Below are positions 9,239-18,617 of a stretch of DNA of 64,000 nt, one piece after another. This DNA comes from Candidatus Latescibacterota bacterium (GTDB taxonomy: Bacteria > Latescibacterota > UBA2968 > UBA8231), in contig CBDETY010000003.1 of the NCBI GenBank assembly GCA_965243025.1, positions 2,080,001 to 2,144,000 on the forward strand, read 5' to 3'. Position 1 is the first letter of the stretch; each line of letters opens with the position of its first letter. Position numbers and translations under genes: made by a program. Under the pieces are notes generated by a model that had not been told where the DNA came from, searched no databases, and was given only the letters and a program-made list of their open reading frames with translations.

Positions 9239-10246
9239 CTACTCCTCCCAGGGAAGCGGCACCCCGAGCCGGGCCCCCACCTCCCGAAGCTCTTTCTGCT
9301 CCAGCTCGCCGTAGCGGATCCCCTCGCGGCGGTGCAGCTGCATGCGCCGCTCCTCGATCGCCCCGGGCAGCAGCGCCTCCTCCTGTCCCGGCATCGGCTC
9401 GTACGAGGCGCGCACGTCGGCGACGAGGCGGTCGACCTCGGCGCGGAAGTCCGCTTCCGACAGCAGGCCGTCGATGCGGATGGCGAGCACCATGCCGCCC
9501 GAACGGGCGGATGGCCAGGACTGCATCACCTCCCCGGCCTGCGGCAGGCTCACCCCGGCGAGCCCTCCCCCGAGCATCGTCGCCACCGCGGTGTACCCCA
9601 TGCTCTTGAAGAAGGCGGCCGGGATCTTCCCGTGCAGGGCGTCGAACTCCGGGCCGCGCTGGTAGTCGGCCATGATGCAGGTCGCCGCGTCGAGGACGAT
9701 CGGGTCCCCCTCTCCGGACGGCAGGGCGAAACAGATCGGCGGGTTCCCGTAGTAGGCGAGCTTCGGCTTCTCCCCGTCCCCGCGCCGGTTGCCGTGGTCC
9801 CGCGTCCCCTGCACCGAGAACCCGATCATCCCCGCCTCCATGCAGATGCGGGCGTAATGCCCCGCCGAGCCGTAGTGGCCGATGTGCCGCACCGTCGCGA
9901 TCCCGAGGCCGTACTGCCGCGCCTTGGCCACGGCCATTTCCGAGGCTTCCACCATCGGCAGGTACCCGAGCGTGCCGTCGCCGTCGAGGGCGGCCTGGGT
10001 CGGACTCTCGTGCAGGACCGCGACGTCGGGGTCTGGGTTGAGCTCGCCGGTCTCGAAGGACAGGCAGTAGCGGTTCACCTGGCGGGTGCCGTGGGAGCGC
10101 ACGCCGCGCAGGTCGGAGTTGACCAGCAGGCGGCTGATGCAGGCGGCGTGTCCGGAGCTGACCCCGGCCTTCTCGAAGCAGCGCGTCGAAAAGGCGAGCA
10201 GCCGTTCCTCCTCGACGAGCGCGAACTCTTCGGGGGGTCTGTTCAT
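9239..10246 (-). CDS. Ldh_2 family (malate/L-lactate/ureidoglycolate dehydrogenase-like) oxidoreductase
   Basis: DLRGVRSHG, DGDGTLG, HYGSAG, GNPPICFALP, LDAAT, LLPG. Confidence 0.9.
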   Translation of the reverse strand: MNRPPEEFALVEEERLLAFSTRCFEKAGVSSGHAACISRLLVNSDLRGVRSHGTRQVNRYCLSFETGELNPDPDVAVLHESPTQAALDGDGTLGYLPMVEASEMAVAKARQYGLGIATVRHIGHYGSAGHYARICMEAGMIGFSVQGTRDHGNRRGDGEKPKLAYYGNPPICFALPSGEGDPIVLDAATCIMADYQRGPEFDALHGKIPAAFFKSMGYTAVATMLGGGLAGVSLPQAGEVMQSWPSARSGGMVLAIRIDGLLSEADFRAEVDRLVADVRASYEPMPGQEEALLPGAIEERRMQLHRREGIRYGELEQKELREVGARLGVPLPWEE

Positions 10247-10492
10247 TTTCCCTTCACCTTTTCCTCCGCCGGGCCCCCGGGGGGACCCGGAGTTTGGCAG
10301 TCTTTCCGTACCGCGGAATCAGAGCCGCTGCCGCTTCCGGGCGCCGTCGGGACCGGCCTGTACGATCTTCACTTTCTCCGGGACCAGGGTCAGCGGCCGG
10401 GTCGTCCACGGCTGGAAACAGCCGAAACCCTGCCATATCTTGCGGGCTCCCTCAACCGTTTTCCCCCACCCCGAACCAGATCGGATCCGCAG

Positions 10493-11635
10493 ATGAAGCT
10501 CGATGTCGTCGAGGTTACCCGTGAGATCGTCAACTTCCCCTCCGAAAGCCTGACCAGCAACGCCGCCTGCACCCGGCACAGCGCCAGGATGCTGCGGAAG
10601 TTGGGCTTTGAGGTCGAGAGCCTGCCCTACACCGACGCCAACGGCGTCGAGAAGCTCAGCGTTGTCGCCAGGCTCGGCAAGGGAACCGGCGGGCTCGCGC
10701 TGATGAGCCACAACGACGTCGTCCCGGCCAACATGGAGGACGGCTGGACCGGGGACCCCTACGACGCGCGGGTGTCCGACGGCCGGGTGATCGGCCGCGG
10801 CAGCGCCGACATGAAGGGGCCCCTGGCCGCCTCGATCTGCGCGGCGGCCCGCTTCAGGGCCGGCGACCTCAAGGCGCCGCTCTACATCGTCATCACCGCC
10901 GACGAGGAGATCTCCGGAGTCGGGGCCCGCATGGTGACCGACGAGTCCCGCCTGTTCGCAGCCGCCTCGGAGGGCTGCGGCATCGTCTGCGAGCCGACCC
11001 GCCTGCGCGTGGTGTACGCCCACAAGGCCGGGATGTCGTTCGCGGTCACCGCCAAGGGGAAACCGGCTCACACCAGCACCCTGCGGGGGGTCAACGCCAA
11101 CCTCAAGATGATCCCCTTCCTCCAGGAGATGGCCGAGCTCAACGAGCTGGTGCTCACTGCCGACCGCTTCCGCAACGACGAGTTCGACCCGCCGCACTCG
11201 GAGCTGACGATCAGCGTCAACGACCACAACGTCGCCATGAACATCAGCCCCGCCCGCAGCGTCTGTCGGCTCTCCTACCGCTGCATGCCCGGCGTCGACC
11301 CCGGCGAGATCGTCCAACGGGTGCGGGACGCGGCGCGCAGGCACCGCCTCGACTGCCGCTACAGCGCCTCCGGCAGCCCGGTGTACACCCCGGTCGATTC
11401 ACCCTGGGTGCGGACCGCCCTCAGGCTCACCGGCACGCGCGTGGCGCGCACCGTGCCGTTCGGCACCGACGGAATCCATTACGTGAGGAAGATGAAGCAG
11501 CTTGTGGTCCTCGGGCCCGGGGACATCGCCCAGGCCCACACCGCCGACGAGTGGATCGAGGTCGATCAGCTGCGCAAGGGGGTCGAGGTGTACTCCCGCT
11601 TCATCGACCGGGTCTGCGTCCAGGGGGAGCTGTAG
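10493..11635 (+). CDS. M20 family metallohydrolase, acetylornithine deacetylase ArgE-like
   Basis: Start MKLDVVEV at 10493; SHNDVVP, GRGSADMKG, ADEE, EPT, GPGDIAQAHTADE. Confidence 0.85.
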   Translation: MKLDVVEVTREIVNFPSESLTSNAACTRHSARMLRKLGFEVESLPYTDANGVEKLSVVARLGKGTGGLALMSHNDVVPANMEDGWTGDPYDARVSDGRVIGRGSADMKGPLAASICAAARFRAGDLKAPLYIVITADEEISGVGARMVTDESRLFAAASEGCGIVCEPTRLRVVYAHKAGMSFAVTAKGKPAHTSTLRGVNANLKMIPFLQEMAELNELVLTADRFRNDEFDPPHSELTISVNDHNVAMNISPARSVCRLSYRCMPGVDPGEIVQRVRDAARRHRLDCRYSASGSPVYTPVDSPWVRTALRLTGTRVARTVPFGTDGIHYVRKMKQLVVLGPGDIAQAHTADEWIEVDQLRKGVEVYSRFIDRVCVQGEL

Positions 11636-11974
11636 CGGACCCAACGAGTCCCCCCGCTCCCAGTGCCTGCCGCACCCGCCTGGCAGGGAGCAGCGCTTCG
11701 AAGCGGCTGGCTGTCGGTTACTGCACCCGGTGGACACCGGCATTTCCCGGGCTGGGAAAGCGACTGAAATCCCGCGACCGGCAACCTACTGCTGCCGGCC
11801 CCGGCTGCAAGGAAGCAGGGCCTGAGCGGAGTAGCCGACCCCGGGGATTCCGTCGCCCGGGGATCCCGACCATTCTGCCGTTCGTTTGTGTCCGGCTTCG
11901 CCGCCCACCTCGCCACAGGCATTTCGCCGGACCAGCTGTTGCTGACGCGGAACTTCCGTCGAAAGGCGGAGGAT

Positions 11975-13015
11975 TCAGGCGGCCACCGCCGGCCTGAGAA
12001 GCCCCTTTGCAATCAGCGCCTCGGCGATCTGAATGGCGTTGAGGGCCGCCCCCTTGCGCAGCTGGTCGCCGCTGACGAAAAGCTCGATGCCGCGGCCGTC
12101 GCTGCGCGAGATGTCACGGCGGATGCGCCCGACGAGCACCTCGTCCCTGCCCGAAGCCTCGATCGGCATCGGGAAGTGGTTGCTCTCCGGGTCGTCGACG
12201 ACCTCGATTCCGGGGGCCGCGGCGAGGACCTCCCTGGCGCGCTCCGGGCTCATCGGCTCCTCGAACTCGAGGTTGACCGCCTCGGAGTGGGCGCGCATCA
12301 CCGGGACGCGGACGCAGGTCGGCGCGATCCCGATCCCGTCGTCGTGGAAGATCTTCCGCGTCTCCCGGACCATCTTCTCCTCTTCTTCGCAGTACCCCTC
12401 CGGGCCGATGGCGGAGTTGTGGGAGAACAGGTTGAAGGCGGTCTGGTGCGGAAGCTCCCGAGGGGAGGCGGGGTTTCCGGCGAGCACCTCCCGGGTCTGC
12501 TCCTCCAGCTCGGCCATCGCCCTGGCCCCGGCGCCGCTGATCGCCTGGTAGGTCGACACCACGGCGCGCCGGATGCGGTTGACCCGGTGAAGGGGCCAGA
12601 TGGCGACGTCGAGGATGATGGTGGAGCAATTCGGGTTGGCGATGACGCCGGAATGCCGCTCGAGGTCCCCGGGGTTGATCTCCGGGACGACGAGCGGTAC
12701 CCCGTCGTCCATGCGGAAGGCTGAGGTGTTGTCGACGACGACGGCGCCGGCGTCGACGGCGCGCGGGGCGAACTCCCGGCTGATGGCCCCGCCTGCCGAC
12801 GACAGCACGAGATCGATGCCGTCGAACGAGGCTTCGGCGAGGTTCTGGACGATCAGCTTTTCGCCGCGAAACTCGATCTCCCTGCCTGCAGAGCGCGAAG
12901 ACGACAACAGCCTGAGGTCGCCCACCGGGAATTCCCGCTCCGCCAGGAGCTCGAGCATCACCTCTCCCACCGCCCCCGTGGCCCCGACGAGAGCCACCTC
13001 GTACCTGTCTTCCAT
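11975..13015 (-). CDS. asd: Aspartate-semialdehyde dehydrogenase
   Basis: VGATGAVG, DNTSAFRM, IANPNCST, STYQAISGAG, DQLRKGAALNA; start taken at MEDRYEV, GGAGG upstream. Confidence 0.97.
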   Translation of the reverse strand: MEDRYEVALVGATGAVGEVMLELLAEREFPVGDLRLLSSSRSAGREIEFRGEKLIVQNLAEASFDGIDLVLSSAGGAISREFAPRAVDAGAVVVDNTSAFRMDDGVPLVVPEINPGDLERHSGVIANPNCSTIILDVAIWPLHRVNRIRRAVVSTYQAISGAGARAMAELEEQTREVLAGNPASPRELPHQTAFNLFSHNSAIGPEGYCEEEEKMVRETRKIFHDDGIGIAPTCVRVPVMRAHSEAVNLEFEEPMSPERAREVLAAAPGIEVVDDPESNHFPMPIEASGRDEVLVGRIRRDISRSDGRGIELFVSGDQLRKGAALNAIQIAEALIAKGLLRPAVAA

Positions 13016-13221
13016 TACTTTGTATACCTCCATATGCGCCAACAAGTTATCTGATCACGATCAAAGATCGTTTCAAGTGAAACCCGGCTTGCAGTCATCT
13101 CCCGGATTCGCGGACAGGAAAATAGAGATGAGCCCCGTCATCAGCTATGACTCTTCACCAGCTGCCGCCCAGCGCCTGCCCGAAACGGCCGCCGTGATCG
13201 GCGCTCCGAACCCTCGACAAC

Positions 13222-14406
13222 CTACCCCATCAGCATCTCGATCATGCGATGGCCGTGGTCGAGCCGCTCGGCTCCCTGCTCCGCCCCCATCTCGTTGTAG
13301 GCCATCATTCCGTCCGCCTCGATTCCGGCCCCCCAGAGGACGAACGGCACCGGCTCGCGGCTGTGCGTGCGCAGCGCGATCGGGGTGCGGTGGTCGGGCG
13401 CCATCAGGATGCGCGCCGGCTCCTTCAGGGCCCCCAGCCCGGCCAGCACGGTGCCGACCACCTTGCCGTCGAAATCCTCGATGGCCCCCTTCTTGCCCTC
13501 GACGTCGCCGTTGTGGCCGGCCTCGTCCGGCGCCTCGACGTGCACGTACACGAAGTCGTCGCTTTCGAGGGCGGCCAGGGCGTGCTCGGCCTTGCCGGTG
13601 TAGTTGGTGTCGAGGTACCCGGTGATCCCCGGCACGTGGATGACCCTGAGGCCGGCGGCGACGCCGATGCCGCGCACCAGGTCGACGGCGGAAATCACCC
13701 CGCCGCTGACCCCGAACCTCGACTCGATGCCCGGCAGCCGCATGGCCCGGCCCGAACCCCAGAGCCAGATCGCGTTGGCCGGCTGCAGGCCGTCCCGGAC
13801 CCGGCGCCTGTTGACCTCCGCCCCGGCGAGCACGGGTTCCGCCTCGGCCATCAGCCGGCGGATCTCCGCGGCCCCCTCGCCCCTGGGCAGGTGGGCGGCG
13901 ATCGACTCCCCCATGATGTCGTGGGGCGGGAAGGATTGCAGCTTTTCGGGGCCGTTGCCGTACACCATCAGGTGCCGGTACCCGACGCCGGGATGGAAGC
14001 TGATTCCGTCCCGCTGCAGCCCGGCGGCGATCAGGGCCACCAGCTCCGCCGCCTCTTCGGTGCCGATATGGCCGGCGCTGTAGTCGACGAGAATGTCGCC
14101 GTCGCGGGTGATGAGGTTGCAGCGGAAGGCGACGTCCCTCTCGCCGAGGGGCACCCCCATGCTCGCCGCTTCGAGCGGGGCGCGGCCGCTGTAGTGCTCG
14201 CGGCTGTCGTACCCGAAGATCTCGAGGTTGCCGACGTCGCTGCCGGGGTGCTGCTCCGGCGGGATCGTCCGCACCAGGCCGCCCCGGCCCTCGCGCGCGA
14301 GGCGGTCCATGTTCGGCGTTGCCGCGGCCTGCAGCGGCGTGCGCCCGTCGAGCTCCTCGAGGGGGTAGTCGGCGGCTCCGTCGGGAACCAGGACCAGGTA
14401 CTTCAT
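13222..14406 (-). CDS. apgM: Cofactor-independent phosphoglycerate mutase, ApgM type
   Basis: MKYLVLVPDGAAD, PGSDVGNL, GRAPLEAASMG, HVEAPDEAGH, DHRTP..TH. Confidence 0.9.
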   Translation of the reverse strand: MKYLVLVPDGAADYPLEELDGRTPLQAAATPNMDRLAREGRGGLVRTIPPEQHPGSDVGNLEIFGYDSREHYSGRAPLEAASMGVPLGERDVAFRCNLITRDGDILVDYSAGHIGTEEAAELVALIAAGLQRDGISFHPGVGYRHLMVYGNGPEKLQSFPPHDIMGESIAAHLPRGEGAAEIRRLMAEAEPVLAGAEVNRRRVRDGLQPANAIWLWGSGRAMRLPGIESRFGVSGGVISAVDLVRGIGVAAGLRVIHVPGITGYLDTNYTGKAEHALAALESDDFVYVHVEAPDEAGHNGDVEGKKGAIEDFDGKVVGTVLAGLGALKEPARILMAPDHRTPIALRTHSREPVPFVLWGAGIEADGMMAYNEMGAEQGAERLDHGHRMIEMLMG

Positions 14407-14411
14407 TCCAT

Positions 14412-15710
14412 TCAGAGCTCTTCCATGCGGATCAGGACCACGTCCTTCTCGACCATCTCCAGCCGGTTCAGGGCGGCCACCGCCTGCCTCATCGCCTCTT
14501 CCCGGGCCTCGTGGGTGACGATGATCAGGGGGACGCTGCCCCCCTGCAGGTCGCGCTCCTTCTGGATCACCGAGGCGATGCTGATCCGCTCCTGCGCCAG
14601 GATGCGGGCGATGCGCTCGAGCACCCCGGGCTTGTCGGCCACCAGCAGGCGCAGGTAGAAGCGGATCTCCGCGTCCCGAACGTCGGCGAAGTCCGGCCCC
14701 CCCCGGGCGGGGATCATGTCGCGGATCGACGGACCGGCCCCGGAAGCACGGCGCTCCGCGAGGTCGACCATGTCGGCGACCACGGCGCTCGCCGTCGGCA
14801 TGCGGCCGGCCCCCTTGCCGTAGAAGACCTGCGTGTCGACGGCGCTGCCGACCACCTCGATGGCGTTGAACTCGTCGTGGATGTTGGCCAGCAGCGACTC
14901 GGCCGGGACCATCGCCGGGTGCACGCGCGCCTCCACGCGGGCCCCGGAGCGCTTGGCGATGGCGAGCAGCTTGATCGTGTACCCGAGTTCGCGGGCGTAC
15001 TCGATGTCCCCGGTGGCGATCCCCTCGATCCCCTCGCAGTAGATGCCGCCGCAGTTGCCGGAAGTGTGGAAGGCGATGCGGCACAGGATCGCCAGCTTCT
15101 GGGCGGCGTCCATGCCGCTGACGTCCATGGCCGGGTCGGGCTCGGCGTACCCCTTGGCCTGGGCTTCGGCGAGGATCCCGGGGTAGCTGCCCTCGCCCCT
15201 GCTCATGCGGGTCATGATGTAGTTGGTGGTGCCGTTGAGGATTCCGTACAGGGACTCGACCTCGTTGGCGACGAGGCCGTTGCGCAGGGAGCGGATGATC
15301 GGGATGCCCCCGGCGACGCTGGCCTCGAACATCAGGTCGGCGCCGTTGGCCAGGGCCAGGGCGAACAGCTCGTCCCCGTGCTCGGCGAGGACCGCCTTGT
15401 TGGCGGTGACCACGTCCTTTCCCGACTTCAGGGCAGTGCGGATCCAGTCGATCGCCGGCTCCGCCCCGGTCAGCTCCACAACCATTCCGACGCCGGGGTC
15501 CTGCAGGACCTCGGCGGGGTCCGCAGTCAGCAGGCCGGCGTCGACTTCGACGTCCCGCGGCCTGCCGGGGTCCCGCACCGCGATCCGCCGGATCTCGAGC
15601 CCGGCGCCGCGGCGCTGCATCGACTCGGAGGCGTCCCGGACCAGGCCGACTACCCCGCCTCCGACGGTGCCGAGGCCGATCAGCCCAACTCCGCGGGGCC
15701 GCGGGGTCAC
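14412..15710 (-). CDS. hom: Homoserine dehydrogenase with C-terminal ACT domain
   Basis: GTG at 15710 with GAAAGG upstream; GLGTVGGG, VVTANK, FEASVAGGIP, GILNGTTNY, GKGAG..PTASAV; ACT motif DKPGVL. Confidence 0.96.
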   Translation of the reverse strand: MTPRPRGVGLIGLGTVGGGVVGLVRDASESMQRRGAGLEIRRIAVRDPGRPRDVEVDAGLLTADPAEVLQDPGVGMVVELTGAEPAIDWIRTALKSGKDVVTANKAVLAEHGDELFALALANGADLMFEASVAGGIPIIRSLRNGLVANEVESLYGILNGTTNYIMTRMSRGEGSYPGILAEAQAKGYAEPDPAMDVSGMDAAQKLAILCRIAFHTSGNCGGIYCEGIEGIATGDIEYARELGYTIKLLAIAKRSGARVEARVHPAMVPAESLLANIHDEFNAIEVVGSAVDTQVFYGKGAGRMPTASAVVADMVDLAERRASGAGPSIRDMIPARGGPDFADVRDAEIRFYLRLLVADKPGVLERIARILAQERISIASVIQKERDLQGGSVPLIIVTHEAREEAMRQAVAALNRLEMVEKDVVLIRMEEL

Positions 15711-15801
15711 TGCCTTTCTCCGGAAAGTGAGGATCCGTCGTCTGAGGTATTGTCCCGCAATGAGTTGCCGATCACCTGCATTCGGGCGTCCGGGATGCAG
15801 A

Positions 15802-16278
15802 TCATCCGGAGTACTCCGTGGCGCACCAGGTGAACAAGGTCTCCCACTCCTGCCGCTGCAGGGCCACCAGATCGGCCGGAGCCCCGGCGTGCCGCTCCTC
15901 GACGGCGCCGATGAAATCCCGGGGATCGTACCCGATCCGGGAAATCGCCGGATGGTCCCCGACCTTGTTGAACCAGTACCTGCTGTTGTCGAAATCCCCT
16001 TCCCGGCGGTGCATGATCCCGTGCCAGAAGGAGCCGGAGGCGTCGTCGATCTGCTGGCATATCCGGTGGCTGCGGTCGAGGTCGTCGGCATAGAGCCAGA
16101 GGGCGGCCTGCAGGACCGGTGGGGCGAGCGCCCCGTCTTCGAGCACCGTTTCGACGCATCCTGCGACGTCTGCCGGCGGCGGTCCGGCCACCACGAGGCG
16201 GCCAAGCGACGTCTCCAGGGGCAACCGGGCCCACAACGGGGCCAGGGCGTCCGCCAACGCCTCGGGAAGGTCCTTCAT
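15802..16278 (-). CDS. Conserved hypothetical helical protein
   Basis: 158 aa with non-random motif DLDRSH..CQ...SFWHGIMHRREGDFDNSRYWF; GGAG upstream. Confidence 0.7.
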   Translation of the reverse strand: MKDLPEALADALAPLWARLPLETSLGRLVVAGPPPADVAGCVETVLEDGALAPPVLQAALWLYADDLDRSHRICQQIDDASGSFWHGIMHRREGDFDNSRYWFNKVGDHPAISRIGYDPRDFIGAVEERHAGAPADLVALQRQEWETLFTWCATEYSG

Positions 16279-16385
16279 CGCTTTCTCCCTGTTGTCGTAA
16301 GTTAAGTATCTGAATGTACATATGGCAGTTTATGCCGTCAACGGAGGGCACCGCTCCAGGTTGCCGCAGGGAGGCAGTCTGAATT

Positions 16386-17015
16386 ATGATTGCGCCCATG
16401 TCCGGCCAGCTCATCACCGCCCTCGCCTGCGTCCTGGCGGGCGCTGCCTCCTCCCCCGCCAGCACCGCCCCCGACTCCGGCTCCCGCGCCGATTCCACCC
16501 GCACTCCTGAAGAGCTGATCCTTCCCGCTACCTTGCAGGACATCGACGGCCGCGAGGTCGACCTCGCCGGAATGGCGCGGCGCAGGCAGGTGGTGTTCGT
16601 CACCATGAAGGGCCCGTGGTGCGGGGTCTGCAAGCGGCAGCTGGTGCGGCTGCGGAGAATCCAGTCGAGGCTGAGCGAGTGCGGGGCGGCGTTCGTCGTC
16701 CTGGCCCCAGGGCCCCGGGAGGAGATCTCCGAAGTCAGGCGCGTCACCGGCTTCTCGGCCCGCTACGTCGAGGACGCCGGCCTGAAGCTCGCCCGCGCCC
16801 TCGGCCTGCAGCTCGCCGAGGACCAGATCCAACCGGCCATCTTCAGGATAGACAGGAACCTGCGGGTCGCCTGGATGCAGGCGGGCCGCTCCGGCCGCTA
16901 CTACGGCGACCGCGAGCTCTGGAAGCACCTCGACTGCGGCAAGGTCGATACCGTCGCGCTTCCCGGACCCGCCACCGCCGGATCCTGGTTACTGCCCGGA
17001 AAGGGAGGGGTCTGA
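16386..17015 (+). CDS. Exported redoxin / AhpC-TSA-like thioredoxin-fold protein
   Basis: Signal-peptide-like N terminus, LQDIDGREVDL, WCGVC (CxxC), cis-Pro region QPAIF. Confidence 0.75.
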   Translation: MIAPMSGQLITALACVLAGAASSPASTAPDSGSRADSTRTPEELILPATLQDIDGREVDLAGMARRRQVVFVTMKGPWCGVCKRQLVRLRRIQSRLSECGAAFVVLAPGPREEISEVRRVTGFSARYVEDAGLKLARALGLQLAEDQIQPAIFRIDRNLRVAWMQAGRSGRYYGDRELWKHLDCGKVDTVALPGPATAGSWLLPGKGGV

Positions 17016-18503
17016 CGGCGGGCGCTTTTGTGTGCGCCCCAGGGACCTGACCAGGGCCCGGATCTCCTGCCGTTCCTCAGGGTGGCGCAACAGGGCAAGG
17101 ACCGAGCCCGCGGCGAAGACCCCGCTTCCCAGCACCAGGCGGACCAGGGGTTCCCCGGCCAGCTGGGCGGCAGCGGCGCTGACCAGGGCGACGGTGGAGG
17201 AAATCGCCGCTACCCGCGCCAGGCGGCTCCAGGGCAGCAGGTCGGCGAGCCCGCGGCGCAGATGGCGGGAGATGAGATAAACCAGCAGGGAGGTCTGCAC
17301 CCAGGTCGCCAGCACGGTGGCCAGCGCCGGGCCGAGGAGAGCCTGCCCGGGGGCCTTGCCCAGAAGGACCTGAACGAAGGTGACGCTCAGGATGAAGTTC
17401 AGCAGCAGGTCCCCGACGCTTCCCCAGATCGCCCAGTGCGCCTTTCCCGTGGCGATCAGCAGGGGGTTGTAGACTGCGCAGCGCAGGGGGAGCATCAGCA
17501 GGAAGATGCGGAACACCGCTTCGCTTTCGCGGTACTCCTCCGGCACGTAGAGGGCGATGAGCTCCCCGGCGAAGGCGAAGAGAAAGCAGAACAGCGGCAG
17601 AATGAACAGGGCCAGCCCCCCTACGGTGCGCCTCCAGAGCACCGCTATCCCCGCGAGGTCCCCGTCGCGGTAGCGGGCGCTCACCTCCGGCACGAGAACG
17701 GTTATGACCGCGCTGAGGAGGAGACCGACAGGCACCTCGATCGCACCAATGTGGTAGATGCCGAAGGCGCTGGCGGAGAAGAAGAGGAAGACCACGAGCC
17801 GGTCGACGTTGCGCGAAAGGCTGCCGACCGCGTCGTTGAGACCGATCTGGAAGGAGTAGCGGAGCAGCTCGCCGAAGCGGTCGCCGGGGGGCCAGCCGAA
17901 GCCGACTGCCCTGGCCACCAGCAGCGACGCGACGGCGCAGCGAAGAAGCGCCAGCCCCGACACCCCCCACAGGAACTCCGTCAGCCCCCATCCGTTCAGG
18001 GCCGCGGCCAGCGCGGTGGCGACCATGCCGGCGGCGGTGCCGAAGGCGAGCCCCGCCTGCCAGGTCGTCCTGCCGGCGGCCACCAGCGCCGACTCGACGT
18101 ACCCCGCCGCGACGATGGCGGCGGCATACGGCAGAAACGGGATGACGTACCTGCCCATGGCGGCGAAGTCGACGCCCTCCCACGACAGCTCCGCCGTCGC
18201 CGCCAACCCGAGAAGGCCGGCGAGGACCAGCCCGGAAACCAGCAGGCAGAGCGCCGTCTGCGACACCAGCACCGCCTGCCCGCCGGGCCCGCGGCGGGGG
18301 AAGAAATACAGCAGCCCGGTCGGCAGGCCGGCGAGGAATACCGGGATCAGGGTGTTGGCGAGTACCCAGACGCTGCCGAAGCGGCCGAACTCCTCCTGCG
18401 TCCAGGCCCGCGTCAGGATGACGTTGACGGCGAAGATGCTGGCCGTTGAGACGCCCCGGGCGCAGGCGACGATCGCTATCTTGCGCGTCAGGCCTTCAGC
18501 CAC
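16989..18503 (-). CDS. Oligosaccharide flippase (Wzx/MOP superfamily)
   Basis: Many hydrophobic segments; LTR....EFG, NVDRLVV.....FGIY motifs; start (GTG 18503) uncertain. Confidence 0.8.
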   Translation of the reverse strand: MAEGLTRKIAIVACARGVSTASIFAVNVILTRAWTQEEFGRFGSVWVLANTLIPVFLAGLPTGLLYFFPRRGPGGQAVLVSQTALCLLVSGLVLAGLLGLAATAELSWEGVDFAAMGRYVIPFLPYAAAIVAAGYVESALVAAGRTTWQAGLAFGTAAGMVATALAAALNGWGLTEFLWGVSGLALLRCAVASLLVARAVGFGWPPGDRFGELLRYSFQIGLNDAVGSLSRNVDRLVVFLFFSASAFGIYHIGAIEVPVGLLLSAVITVLVPEVSARYRDGDLAGIAVLWRRTVGGLALFILPLFCFLFAFAGELIALYVPEEYRESEAVFRIFLLMLPLRCAVYNPLLIATGKAHWAIWGSVGDLLLNFILSVTFVQVLLGKAPGQALLGPALATVLATWVQTSLLVYLISRHLRRGLADLLPWSRLARVAAISSTVALVSAAAAQLAGEPLVRLVLGSGVFAAGSVLALLRHPEERQEIRALVRSLGRTQKRPPSDPSLSGQ

Positions 18504-18617
18504 GTGCTGCAGACTGATTTGACCAAAGCCGCTGGCACCGGGACAAGCGCCGGCGGACATGCCCGACTCCTCCCGGCTGCAGAGGAAACCCCGGCACGCT
18601 GCCGCCCGCGGCTTGGT

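Noticed and set aside
13016-13221. Lysine riboswitch or T-box upstream of asd
   Set aside because: No recognisable conserved aptamer or T-box motifs; it looks like an ordinary AT-rich promoter region.
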